Source: Octopus vulgaris (Eukaryota). From it: 64,000 bases of DNA. Below the pieces are notes generated by a model that saw nothing but the letters and a program-made list of their open reading frames with translations, was not told where the DNA came from and made no database searches. The translations under genes and the position numbers were made by a program. The stretch spans positions 126,356,001 through 126,420,000 of the forward strand of contig OX597816.1 in assembly GCA_951406725.2 (NCBI GenBank), read 5' to 3'. Positions 38,201 through 51,415 of the stretch are shown piece by piece (the stretch's first letter is position 1; every line of letters begins with the position of its first letter).

Positions 38201-41200
38201 TCTGAGAGCTTAATCAGCAACAGGTTGTCTTACATTTTGCAGCCTCCTCAAAACTATATTTATAGCTACTGTTGAAACGTTTATAATTAAATCACATAAA
38301 AACTCTTTTACAAATTCAGTAATGTTTAAAATCTTTGGGTATGCTCCATAGTAAACATTTGCATGGAAAGTAAACACTGTTAGCATATACATAATTTATG
38401 TAAATAGAATCAACAGCCAAATATACAAATATACAATGCATGAAATGTGCCAAATGTACGATTCTGTCGATCTAATTTTGTTATAAGTTTAACACCAGCA
38501 ACTCTAAAAATTTTGCAGTAGCAGAAAAATGTGGAGGGGCAATTAATGATAAAACTTTAAAAATAATTTATACAGCATCATCCAGTCAGTCCCTCTTTTG
38601 TTGTCCATGATGAGATTGTAGAATCAAGACAGACATTTATGCTGGTCGTACATATCTAGTAAATTTATTTAATTTGTGTATGCAAAAGTCTTTGGGTATA
38701 TACCAAAGTAACATTTAGTATGAAAAATAAATAATGCTGATGTGTCAGTAATTTATATAACAAAAAATTATATACTTAGCCAATTAAGAATTTATAGAAC
38801 ACATATTCTTAATACAAGTGTATTTCATCCATATTTATTATGTAGAATTTTTGCTTCAACAATGATGGACAGTTTCATCAGATAACAAAAAAAAAATAAA
38901 TAAAGAGATGAACAACCACACAAATAGTCAAATACCAGAGGTTATATAGATGTACAACAAATATAGTGGTATATACAAAATTGTTGAGGGAAAGATAAAT
39001 AATTGACATCAGCACTTTTTCATTATAGTTTATTTATTATATTTTAACACTTTAATGTGGTTTGGAAGGAGCTGATCACAAATTTAATATTTATGCCATA
39101 TTTATGTCATTTGGTTTATAATTTTGCATGAAGTAGGTGTTGAAATGCTTAACCAGTTAATAAATTTCTGATGTAGAAATGAAATCATTGCACATACAAT
39201 GCATATAATTTTTTTTCACTTGTTGAGGGAAGTAGTATGTACAGCAGCAACTGTAACAGTAGCTGTAATAGCAATAATAATGGAAGTAACAGTGTTTGTT
39301 TATCATATTTAAAGAAGTTTTCTTTCAAACGATTATCTGTTTCTTGATTCACATTAATTATGGAAGTTTGACGATTGCGTTGTAGTCTTGGATTTTAAAT
39401 AGTAACACAAACAAATTTAAAATGGTTCTGAATTTCTTCTACAGACTCTTCTGTCAATATATATTTTATAAGCATTAAGGACAGCTGGAAGTTCAGTTTG
39501 AGCTTTGCAAGGTTCAAGGGTAGAATTTTAGAACAAGAAAGATAAATAAAAGTTCTTAAGGAGAATGTTGTGTATATAACCTCTGGGAGTTAGATACTCA
39601 ATATTTCAGCACAGGGAAGAGGAAAGGCAAGCGAAAAAGAAATTTACAGGGAGTTGAATAATGTCCACTGGAGGGCATAGATAGCAGTAGCAGTAGGGGA
39701 GATTTCGTGACCTATTCTCACAAGTAGTTTATCTAAATCTAAATGTTTTAGTATCTACCAGAATATGGAATCCTATCAGAGTTCTTTTCTACAAGCTAAA
39801 CAGTTATGATTTCAAACTTTACAGCTGAGCTTATGGACAAAGAACACAACTTCATTCATTCTGCTTATCTGTTTATATGGTTCACTTGTCATTTATACTT
39901 TAATGATTAGTGGTAAGAATAGCTTGCCACTCTGAAAGCATTATGTGGTTATTCTAACTTGCAAAAGCCATTTCAACCATGCTATCATGAAGAATTGGAT
40001 GTAAAACAATAAAAATAAAATGTTGAACAATGACAAGATAACATTAATAGTTACAGTAATTTCTAAAATCCAATATATCTTATCTAAAGCAAATTACAAA
40101 TGCTGACTAAACTTGTTAACCTTAAGAGCATATTATTTGCAAAAATGAATTACTATCTATTCATCCGTTCATCCATCTGTCTGTCTGTCCATCCAATCAT
40201 CCATCTGTTCTTCTCTGTCTGTCAATCTGTCTGTCAAGCTCTCTGTCTGTTTATCTGTCTGTTTGTCTGTCAATTTGTCTGTCTGTTTGTCTTTCTGTCT
40301 ATCTGTTTGTCTGCCTATCTATGATGCATCTTTTTAAATAATGAAGATAGAGAAAATTCATATAAAATTGCAGCATCATTAGAGAAAATTATGTTACCAC
40401 TTCATAATTATTGTGTTCCCATTAAAGAAGCTGTTGCAAGATGATACATTAGTTTTAGTTCAGTTGTACAATGCAATTTGGTTTCCAAATTTGAAGTAGT
40501 CATCTTAAAAGCTATATTGATACACATGACGTGAAATAGAAGTTTAGCTTTATTATTAATAAAAAAAGATTTAATACTTATGAGATATGAAATATTCTTT
40601 CATCCCTGTAAACAAGGATTTGTGGAAAGCTATGAATTGTTAATTGAGTAAACAACTACAAATTAATTACTAATTAATATTTTATTGATTAGTTGAAATA
40701 AGATTGAAATTCCCAAGCAATGGAAGAGTGCTACCTCAATTTAATGTTCTGCATTTTGTCTTTTGTTTTTACATATTTCTTATATTGCCTTCATCAACAT
40801 GAAATACTAGTATATAATATACTTTTCTGAATTATTTAATTTTGTGAGTTCTGCATTAGACTAAATGCTTTCTAGTATGGAATTACACTCTTTTATTTTC
40901 TTAGTTCAAATTCTGCAAAAACAAAGTGTCCTATAATTGATATAGACTATTATTTACGACCACATTTTAATAAAGATATTTTGGTTTTCCTAACTTTGTC
41001 TATCTTGCATTTTACTATCATATTAGTTGCTGAACAGAGAGCTGTTCATTGGGAATAGTCAGTTCTAACATGTCTCTTGAGATTCTGAGAAGTTAATGTG
41101 TTGCCATTAATTTAGCTAGAACATTGCAATATGTTTAATATACTGAAAGGAATGGTTTCTTGATATGCAGTCTATAAATTGTAGGCAGATAAATGTAGAG

Positions 41201-41403
41201 AAACACATTCTAACATTACTGAAATGGTAGAGTGCCAAGTCCAATTGTAATAATTTTGCTGTATTTGAATTGAAATCCTGGTGGTAGTGTTAGGTCAACT
41301 TTGAATTTAGCATCTTATTATATATAAGTACCTGAAATATACTGAAAATAATTTAATAGACAGTGCCCCCATCTGAAATTATAGCTTTGCACTGTAGTTT
41401 GAT

Positions 41404-41478
41404 ATCATCATCATCATCATCATTATTATTATTATTATTATTATTATGATTATTATTATTATTATTATTATTATTATG
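41404..41478. repeat. (ATC)n(ATT)n microsatellite
   Basis: Seen directly. Confidence 0.95.
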
Positions 41479-41848
41479 AAATGTGAAGAAATAATCACCA
41501 ATATTTATGTTAATTGATGCTTTGCAGCACTTGTGGTTGATTCTTATGATTTAATTGTATTTTAAGAAATTGTTGTTGTTAGTATTAGTGTAGGACAGTA
41601 GATGACAGAACAAATTTACAGAACCAAAATGACTGGCTATATCTAATTTCACTTCTTCATGTTCTGAGTTCAAATACTTTCAGAGCTGATTTTCAATTTA
41701 ATATTTCTGAGGTCTATCAAAAAATACTATATCAAATACAACTCTTCCATTTGACCTTGTGCTAAATGTGACCTGTCTAAAATGTGTGTGTGTGTGTGTG
41801 TGTGTGTATTTATGCATGTATGTATAATTATATGTGTGTAGGTGTGTG

Positions 41849-42101
41849 CAGTGGCAGACTGGCCAGGTTGCCAGCTTGCCTGATGTCAAGTGGGCCCCTG
41901 CACCATTAGAATCCACAGTTGGAGAATTTTTTATTCACTCCTGGAAGAATGCATTAGTTATTTCAGCCTGGCTCTGTTTGTAGACAGTTGAAAAGAATAC
42001 TTTTAACAAAAAAAAAAGAAAATTAAATGATAGCATTGTAGTTGCGGGTGGGCCCCCTTAGTCTCCTGGCAACCAATATTTTTAGACCCAGTCCACCACT
42101 G
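41849..42101. mobile_element. MITE, hAT-like termini
   Basis: TIRs CAGTGGCAGACTGG / CCAGTCCACCACTG, internal GGGCCCC motifs, inserted in (TG)n; TSD unclear. Confidence 0.65.
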
Positions 42102-42479
42102 TGTGCGTGTGTGTACATAGCAATATATCTATGTATACTTATTGATGATTGTTTTAAATGTGGATAACTCAGTAAATACTTTAGAAAAATACAGCATTCT
42201 TCTGAATAATTTACATCAAAAGACTAAATTTTCAAGAGTAACAAGTACTATAAAATTGTCATCAGCTATATATAAAACATGGCATTCCATATTGTCTGGC
42301 CAAGAAAGTTTGTACCATTGTTGGTTATTGAACAGAGCAGAATGATGCTAAGAATGCAAAAGACTTCTATTTAAACAAAACTGTTCACCACTGCTTAAAC
42401 AAAATAGTGCAGAATGTGCAAAATAAATATAGAATATCTTTGGACAATATGAGAAAGAAACACAGTACCAAAATATAGT

Positions 42480-42990
42480 ACTTTTTGTACTGTCACATAA
42501 TCCATGTAATCATATTACTTTTAATGTTGCTAAATCAGGTTTTGTGATTATCAAAGTAATTAGTTAAAAGATTTAAATACAAGTAAACCTCTTTTTCAAA
42601 GGAAACAACAATCTAAGAACTTGAAACAATTCTTTGTGAAAGCAAATGTTGAACTGAGTATTGGTGACAAAACCTTTACTGTATCTAAGTGTGATGATAA
42701 TCGTTGTGAGATGTCATATATTGACCATTATAACAACACAAAGCCAAGAAGAACATATTTTAAAATGCAGATATCAACTGTAAAAGCATAGATCTATTTT
42801 ACTGTACTAGATGCCAGAATTGTGCAGAAATGTATATTACCAAGAGTGAAAATTAATGATCAGAATGCATTCTATTACACCAGTAATAATTTTTGAATAA
42901 AAATTCTTTAAAATACCAAATTTGTGAAATTTATCACTCAAAGTAAGATTAAAAGAAGAGTAAAAGAAAAGAATAGCCAATGATATTTAT
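42480..42990 (+). pseudogene. Very old PLE GIY-YIG remnant
   Basis: SHNPCN, VSKCDDNRCEM and NADINCKSIDLFYCTRCQNCAEMYI align by eye to the C-terminus of the 3489 ORF. Confidence 0.55.
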
Positions 42991-43347
42991 TTGAATTTCA
43001 TTTGATTTGAAAATAATATTCACACCAAAATTGTAAAACTGAATTATTTAATGTACATCACCTTTTAACTATACAGAGACATAACATAATTGTAGTTGCA
43101 TTACCATGTAAACATATACCTAAAGGTAGTTGAGTGACAATCTGGCTATGTTGGAAGTTGATGGACTAATTCATTGTGAATCCAATAGAAAAACTTGAAG
43201 AACGCACCTTTCATTTGAAGATTGCTCCAAATGTTGTTTAACTTAGATTTTATAATTTTATTTACACAATGGTCCAAGTCAATCATTTTCTCTGTGTGAA
43301 AGACATACAGTTACTAAAAATTATACAACATCCTTCCACAAACACAT

Positions 43348-43348
43348 G

Positions 43349-43380
<32 letters not shown>

Positions 43381-43470
43381 TGTATGTATGTATGTATGTA
43401 TGTATGTATGTATGTATGTATGTATGTATGTGTGTGTGTGTGTATGTGTGTATGTATGTACGTATGCATG
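43348..43470. repeat. (TATG)n microsatellite
   Basis: Seen directly. Confidence 0.95.
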
Positions 43471-43518
43471 TATCTGCACACATGTATGTATAAATATATT
43501 CAGTTATATGTGAATAGA

Positions 43519-43773
43519 TATTTGGCTGGTGCATAATTATTGCAGTTTTTTTTCAACAAATTTTATTCAACAAAAGCAAAAACAATGTTTAACAAAAACA
43601 TCTTTAAATGATGGTCTGGCTGTCTCCCAAGCAAATGGGAAGCAGTAAATGAAGTAGATGGTAAATATGCTCCGGAATAATCACTTAAAGATGTTTTTGT
43701 TACATGTTGCTATTGTTTTTGTTGAATAAAATTTGTTGAGAAAACACTGCAGTAATTATGCACCAAACCAATA
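43519..43773. mobile_element. Mariner-derived MITE with ~90-bp inverted arms
   Basis: TATTTGGCTGGTGCATAATTATTGCAGTTTT / CACTGCAGTAATTATGCACCAAACCAATA resemble Hsmar1/MADE1-type TIRs; TA flanks. Confidence 0.85.
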
Positions 43774-46102
43774 CACACACACACACACACACACATATAC
43801 ATACATAGATATATTTCTATGTTTACAAATGCATGCATATGTATGAGTATGTGTGTATGTGCTTGGTTATTGTGTCAAGGGGTTGCATTTCTAATATTTT
43901 ATCCTATGCTAAGTGTATGCATGTTATATTTTGCAGTTAATTAGACAGAGATTTGTCTTGATCAAGTAGAAGTATGATCATAACCCTCCCAGCTTTGGCA
44001 GTTGCATCTTTTTTGCAATTAATTATATTGTCCATTGTATATCTTTAGACAAGTACTATTTGATTTGAGACAAATTTCATTATTATTTCTAGCAATATTG
44101 AGATGTATAGACTATATTGAGATGTATGGTTATGCTCTCTGTTGAAATATCTTGTTCTAATATTTTCTTCGGTTCCTCCTCACATTGATGAAATTTGATA
44201 CTTGGTGGTTTTCAATATTCGTTTTATTCAGACTCTTATTTTTGTGCCATAAGAATTTTATAGCTGAAGAATCTTTTTTAATTTCATACTTGTGTTTCTT
44301 AGCTTCTGAATTCTATTGTATAATTTCAAGTATTGGCATTATGTTGCATTGGCATTGTTCCTATTTACTGAAATTTTACACAAATGATGATTGTTATCAT
44401 TGAATATATTTGCTGTAATGTATTGATAAAGATGGTGCAATTTAAAACATCTCTATAATTGCAATATATATTTCTATATAATTTTATCTTTTTTATCAAA
44501 GTAATATTTATTTCAGTATTAAAGAAACTCTAGATAAAGTCATGAATTTCAAAGAGGATGTATCTATGTATTATATTTCATTTTTTGCCCTAATGCTAAA
44601 CACATCAGCAATAATTCAACTGTTTTAAGGATGTACAACATTGCTGTAGACAGTAACTGTCTAAACTACAAGACTGGGGTAATGTAAACATCATTACAGA
44701 TAACAAGTAAGCTATGATATGAGTCTGAATTGTATTTAACTATTTTTGGCTTACAAAAATTATATAATACATGATTTCAAAGAATAGTTCCTTATGTAAA
44801 AAGAATTATATATATTATCTACTTCTTAAGAATTTTATTCTTAAATTGTTAGGAGTATTTATACCTTACAATGCAATCATTATCACTGTTACCTAACTGT
44901 ATATCATTTGGCTTTAGGTCAAGGTCAATCATAGTTTGTAATCAGATTCTTAAATATGGATTGACAAACAGAACTGTTATTCTGGAATTATAAATTCAAT
45001 AAGTACTTGACAAAAATTCTAAATAACACTATAAACAGTTTTATTTAATACTGTATAAGAGTATATATTATTGTTTTAACCTAATTTTCTGGGTTGCTTG
45101 CCATTAGTTAAAAGTTATCTATCTCTAAATATTAGAATCCTGTATTTGTAACTGTTTTTGATACCATTTTCTTCCCTTTGATTTACTCTTTGTGGCAATT
45201 AAGGCTAATGGCAAATTATATTCAATAATCATTTTAAGTTTATTTTTTCCTGCAAGCATTTTAATATGAATATATTAATTTTCGATAATTTTCTACTTCA
45301 AAATTTGCAATTTAATTTATAATGACTTTTGCAAACATAAAACATTTTTCAAAAATAAAGATAATTTTAAATGCTATACAAAACTCAAAATTTTCATGAA
45401 TAGTATAACATACAAAAGTTTTATGACTTGTCTATTACTCACCAGATGAAACCAAATTTCTTCTTCCAGCACTGTCAATGGTTTTAAATTTAGCTATGTA
45501 AAGTTTTCTTGGCATTATTGTGAACAAGAATATGAATACATTGAGTAATATATATATATAGCCATACATAAATTACACAGAACATTCTAAATAGCTATGA
45601 TGATATAAATTGTGTGTTAGGCAGAGAACTTATTCAAATTATTTCAATAAGCAAAGAATATATATATAGATTAAGTAAAGCTATCAATTTATATCATACT
45701 GCAGATAAATATTTCACTTTGACGTGTTAATTTGGAAATGCACTTTCCGCTTAAAAGGTTCTAAATTTATTTTTGAACTTATCTATCTATCACTTATATT
45801 TCAGATGGGCACATTCCTAATCTGTTAAATTATATGACAGGTGTTGGACATAATGTGTATCTTCATACATAGTGCATGCACACACACACACATAGACACA
45901 CACACACACACACAGAGGCGCACACACATATATGTGTGTGTGTATATGATTTATTAATTTTATATCAGGATTTCTTAACAGGAGGGTCATTTGTCATTTG
46001 TTACATATTTGCAATAGAACAACACCGGTGTATTGCATTTCTGACAGCTTGTGTCACAAGGGAATATAATTAATTCAGTAACTCAGTGAAGTCTTGATGT
46101 CT

Positions 46103-46138
<36 letters not shown>

Positions 46139-46192
46139 TTTAACGTCCGCTTTACATGCTAGCATGGGTATATATATATATTTATATATATA

Positions 46193-47560
46193 TGGTAAGA
46201 AGTTCAGTTTCTAACCACAGGGTGCCAGGTTCAGTCTCTCTGCATGGCACTTTCAGAAAGTGTTTTCTATCAGGTTAAGTGAAATGTAAGCAATGTTTTG
46301 AACCCTGAAGAATATGTGTTCCAGATTCTTGTAGTGTTTTGAATTTTTGAAAACATTTTTTGCAATTGTCTGATAACACAGACATAGGCTTGCTCAAATG
46401 CATCAATAAATTAACTTTGTTGTTTTTTTTCACCTTTGTTACAATCATTTGAAGTGGAACTGTCAAGCGCGATATTTGAGAAATTTTGCTATTCAACTTC
46501 AAAAAAGGATGTAAAGCAACTGAAACTGCTCATAATATCAACGAAACATTTGGTGAGGAAATGACTAGTGAGTGGTCAGCTCAAAAGTGGTTTAAGCATA
46601 TTGGACGCCCATCTCTCATCGATGACAGTCAATTAAAAACAGTCATTGAGAAAGCTCTATGTAAAACCACTTGAGAATGGGCAAATGAACTTCAAATTAG
46701 CCACAAAACTGCCTGCAATCATTAGCATGTGACCGGAAGATCAAAAAAGCTTGACAAATAGGTACCACACGATTTGAATGAAGATCAGAAAATGCACAGA
46801 TATGAAATTTGCACCTCACTTCTTCACCATAACCAGACTGATCCATTTCTTGACCGTATTGTAACTTGCAATGAAAATTAGATCCTGTACAGTAACAAAA
46901 ACGTTCTTCACAGAGGTTGGACTAAAATGAAGCCTCGAAAACTTTCCCTGAATCTAAGCTCTTCAAAAAGAAAGTTATGGTAACTGTTTGGTTATGTACT
47001 GCTGGGCTCAGCCACTATAACTTCTTAAAACCCATACAAACCATTATTGCAGAAAAATATTGCCATGAAATTACTAAAATGAAAGAAAAACTGCTACTCC
47101 TCTGTCCCAGACTGGTCAACAGAAAAGGGCCAGTCATTCTTCACTAATGATGCTCCAGAAGTTGAGGGATCTTGGGTACGAAGTTCTTCCCCACTTTGCT
47201 TATTCCCCAGACCTTTCTCCTACCGACTACTACTTTTTCAGGTACCTTGATGGTTTCCTGTGAGAGAAGGAGTTAAAAAATCAAACCGATGCTGAAAGTG
47301 CATTTAAAGAGTTCATCAGCTCCAGACCTCCAGATTTTTATGTTACCAGAATAAACAAACTCGTAACTCATTGATAAAAATATGTTGATTGTAATGGTAC
47401 TTACTTTGATGAATAGAATTTCCACATTGTTGAAATATATTGTGATGAATTTCATGTCTCACGATGTTGCTTACTTTTTACTCATCCTGATAGTATAGTC
47501 TCAAGACAACCAAAGCTTTGTAAGTGGATTTAGTAAAGGGTAGCTTATAGAAGAACAATG
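46193..47560 (+). mobile_element. tRNA-derived SINE interrupted by a mariner
   Basis: 46193-46267 and 47494-47560 are colinear with the intact SINE at 56619. Confidence 0.75.
46267..47493 (+). mobile_element. Near full-length decayed mariner (Hsmar1/Mos1-like transposase pseudogene ~46450-47415)
   Basis: TIRs CTATCAGGTTAAGTGAAATGTAAGCAA / TTGCTTACTTTTTACTCATCCTGATAG; peptides VPHDL, FLDRIVTC, KKVMVTVW, YSPDLSPTDYYFF, CNGTYFDE*. Confidence 0.9.
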
Positions 47561-47769
47561 AGCATATATGTATGCACGTGTGTCTGTACATGTGTGTGTG
47601 TGCATGTGTGTCTATATATGTATACACGTGTATATACTTTGTGTAGGCACAATGGTCCAGTGGTTAGGGCAGCAGACTCACGATCAGAGGATCACAGTTT
47701 TGATTCCTAGACCGGGCATTGTGTGTGTATATCAAAAAAGGCGATGTCAACAAAGATAATATAACCAAA

Positions 47770-49010
47770 GTGCATTACAGAGTATTATACCAATCTAAAA
47801 CAGATATGGTAGTCGGAGCTTTTCTCTTGCAAGACTTCACAGTGCATTAACAGTAACAGTTCTGATACCTAAACTTATGATACTTGACAGTTTGTAGAAT
47901 AAATCTATTATGAAGACATTAAAAACTATAAGGTTCTGATAACTGTAAATTTCTACAGAAGCAGTGATAGTGAGAGACTGTTTTACAAAAGAAAACTGGG
48001 CAGAAATGGCTTAAGATTAGTACTGATAGTTTTAAGTGTGAAATGGCATAACTCAGAGGACATCTGCTAAATACCAGCAACAATGCATTAACCAAGTGCT
48101 CACAGACGAAGTGAGCAATCTCCTACAGGCTGGCAGTGAATTCATCTAGAAGCACCCACTCCTTGATGACCTCACTTGTGAACACAGAAGTACAGGACTA
48201 GTATACCTGACCAAAGATTTGAACAAGACACATTTTACATATCATATGAAAAGAGATACGTGGATATGTTTTCCATAAACTTGTATGAATGATAATATTT
48301 ACATGAAGTGTAGCTTCTATTGGGCTGAGAGACCAATCACATCACATCTCAGAGGTTATAATTTTGCAATTCAAGAGCAGAAGATAGCTGTGAAATAGCT
48401 AGTGAACAATGAGAAAATGAAGCCCTTAAATTCACAAGATGAAATCGTAAATATCAATTATGCCACTCTACAGTGGAGTATATAACACGTATCAGCAGTA
48501 ACTATTCAAAAATGTCATTGAGGCAAAACTTCCTATCGTAGTTTGACATTACTGCTAATGTAAAATACCATGCCATCTGTAGAAACAGCTGCTTTGGGTT
48601 ATATATAAACAACATCTCAGTTATTGAATATTTACATTCAGACATATCAACACAAGGAATATTGGTTAAATATTCTCATCAAAACTTCAATCAAGTGAAC
48701 ATGCAGTATGACCAGTAGACTTATTGTGGGCAGAAAAGAAAACTCATGCATAGTTGTAGAGGATACCTGTTCAGCAATGCAAATGTCTCTTCCCAAATTA
48801 TTGAGAAGAAGATTTTTAACAGCTGCTTCAAAACCTGCAGGCCTTCTAACCTAAGTACAAATTTAACTGTATCCCAATAATTATTGGTGCACTTGGTTTG
48901 CTAGTAAATGCTTAACTGACAATCAAGGAAAGCTAGGATTTTCAGGCATAAAAAAGGACTGGCAACTATACAATTTGCAAATACAGTTAATAAGTGGAAC
49001 TGTGAAAATA
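47770..49010 (+). pseudogene. Decayed RLE-type non-LTR retrotransposon (R4/NeSL/Hero-like) 3' region
   Basis: GYNFAIQEQKI (~48355-48390) and IPIIIGALG (~48872-48898) are C-terminal motifs of restriction-like-endonuclease LINEs; many indels. Confidence 0.55.
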
Positions 49011-49556
49011 AACAAGACTTTTAATGTTCAACATATAATACCTATCATTGATGTTTACTAATTTTCAGGGATGGAGCTTTGTTACCATGGTAGGAAAGAA
49101 TTCCATTCTTCTAGGGAGTATTATAATAAATAAAAAAAGGAAAAGGAAACAGAGAGAGAGAGAAACACACACACATGCACAGGACAAACTTCCATCCATT
49201 TTCCATCCAATAAATTCTCACAAGGTATTGGTAAATTAAAAGCTACAAGAGGAGATATATTAGTCCATGGTCTACCATTGAATTGAACTTGATACAGTGT
49301 GGATGCAAAGCAAACATCTCAATTACACAGCCATATTTGCACTCATATATAAGTGTATATGTCTCTCTCTCTCTCTCTCTCTCTACTGTTGCATCTGCTG
49401 TTTCTGCTAGTCAGCACAGCTGTGCATTATGTAATGGAATGTGCAAAACTTTTGCCAGGCTCAAGAGGCATACAAGGGCCTCACATTGTATCAATAATGA
49501 CTCATTTCAGTGATTCTTTCTAACAATGGCTTTACTCATATATGAGAAAGCAGTTA

Positions 49557-49591
<35 letters not shown>

Positions 49592-49595
<4 letters not shown>

Positions 49596-50037
49596 ATAAT
49601 ATACATCTGGAAGATCCTGGAAGGACTTGTCCCAAACTTTGGCATTGAGAGTTACACAAATGCCAGAACTGGGCGCAACTGTGTGGTGCCTAGGACTCCA
49701 AATTTGCCATCAAGATGTAGGACAAGATACTGTGATAGCCTGGGCTTCTGAGGCCCACAGCTCTTCAATATCCTCCTGAAGAACCTAAGAGACCTGCATG
49801 GGGTGGATGCAGATGTCTTTAAAATGAAACTGGATCTCTTCTTGTCAGGTATCCCAGATGAACCAACTTCACGGCAGGAGGTGCAGATGAGGGCAGCTGC
49901 ATCGAACTCTCTCATGCACCAAATGGCAGTTGCTAAAAAGCATTCATGAAGTAAAACCATGTAGCAACACCAAATGGCGGTGCCCCAGCATGGCCACAGC
50001 TCGTGAGCTGAAACTAGAATCAATCAATCAATCAATC

Positions 50038-50038
<1 letters not shown>
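49592..50038 (+). mobile_element. CR1/Jockey-group LINE 3' fragment with (AATC)n tail
   Basis: AIIYIWKILEGLVPN...GPQLFNIL...FKMKLDLFLSGIPDEP; one in-frame stop. Confidence 0.8.
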
Positions 50039-50085
<47 letters not shown>

Positions 50086-50087
<2 letters not shown>

Positions 50088-50833
50088 GCCAAACTGCGCA
50101 ACATGCCCAAACCTTCTAGAAGGATCAGAATTTCTTTTCAAAGAGGAACAAAAATTCAAGATCAGATCTAATTTTACTTGTGCTTCTGAAAACATAATTT
50201 ATGTCATAAGGTGCTCGGGCTGCCACTAAAACTACGTGGGGTCCACGGGATTATCACTCAGACATAGATTCACTCTGCATCGACAACAGATTGCATTCCC
50301 AGAATACAGAATGATACCCTTTAGTGAGCATATGGAGAAATGCGCAACGCAACTACTACCACAATTTTTAATCTTTCCATTCTATCAATGTGCCATCGGA
50401 ACACCAACACAAATTAGATTAAACAAGGAAACATTCTTCATTGAAAAATATAAGCCTGAACTTAACCATCCTAACATTCTTATACAGAGAAACTCATCTC
50501 ATTAGATAAGGGAAAAGAAATATAAAGCGATTACCTCCCTTATACCGGAAGAAATCGCTTATTACCTCCCCCTGCCTGGAACTCTTCTTTGCACTGCATA
50601 ACGAAGACATAACACGATGTAGGTAAAGACATTTAAGAAATTTGAAAAGTTAACATGAAACCGGTAATTTCTTCAAAAACTATGTTACTATATGCAAAAT
50701 TTTATAACATTCTTCTAACATAACGACTTAAATATATTCTTTAACCTTATAAAACAAGCCTTCTGTAGTTTCTTCACTCTTTTCTATTTTCTATATATCC
50801 AACCACATGCTTTCACACACCAACTTTCTCACC
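50086..50833 (+). mobile_element. 5'-truncated PLE (GIY-YIG + 3' terminal repeat), second family
   Basis: RPNCATC...NFTCASENIIYVIRCSGCH*NYVGST...RFTLHRQQI...EKYKPELN; microsatellite flanks; hammerhead in the 3' region. Confidence 0.92.
50635..50673 (+). ncRNA. Minimal type I hammerhead ribozyme (U3-A8 core variant)
   Basis: AAGAAAT-TTGAAAA-GTTAACAT-GAAA-CCGGTA-ATTTCTT: perfect 7-bp stem I, very short stem II, palindromic ACCGGT stem III. Confidence 0.75.
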
Positions 50834-50925
<92 letters not shown>

Positions 50926-50926
50926 G

Positions 50927-51415
50927 ATTGAAAATATGGAGAATGAGAATTTGAAAATTCAAACTCTAAGTTTATTTCCAGTTAGTATAATAGTTTGGCA
51001 CGTGTTTTGATTGCACCAACTGCATACTGTTGCATATTCATATGCTGTGATTTATACATTATTAGTATGATCTCTTCAGGGCATATGAATATGACATTAT
51101 TTGAAGAGGAACAAACAATGTCATATTTATATACCCTGAAGAGATCATACCAATAATGCATAAATCACTTTATATGAATATGCAACAGTATGCAGTTGGT
51201 GCAATCGAAAAACGTATCAGACTATTATACTAACTGGAAATAAACTTTAAGTTTGAATATTCAAATTCTTCATTCTCCTTATTTTCAATATTGTACTTTA
51301 CACTCTAAGTAGTCAAGAAATAAACTGGGACATTGGATGATAGTTAAAAGTAGATTACTAAAAAACGTATCAGAGAAATTCAGTATCTGCCTGGATTTCA
51401 TATCCCTCCTTTTAC
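50927..51415. mobile_element. Inverted pair of PLE-like termini (arms ~177 bp, 8-nt spacer) plus one-sided tail
   Basis: 50927-51103 is the diverged reverse complement of 51112-51289; each arm has CTGAAGA-GAT...ATC-(G)AAA; microsatellite flanks. Confidence 0.7.

Noticed and set aside
50220-50240. In-frame stop in GIY-YIG as possible selenocysteine recoding
   Set aside because: The stop is TAA, not TGA, and not at a Cys position; the intact ORF has no internal TGA.
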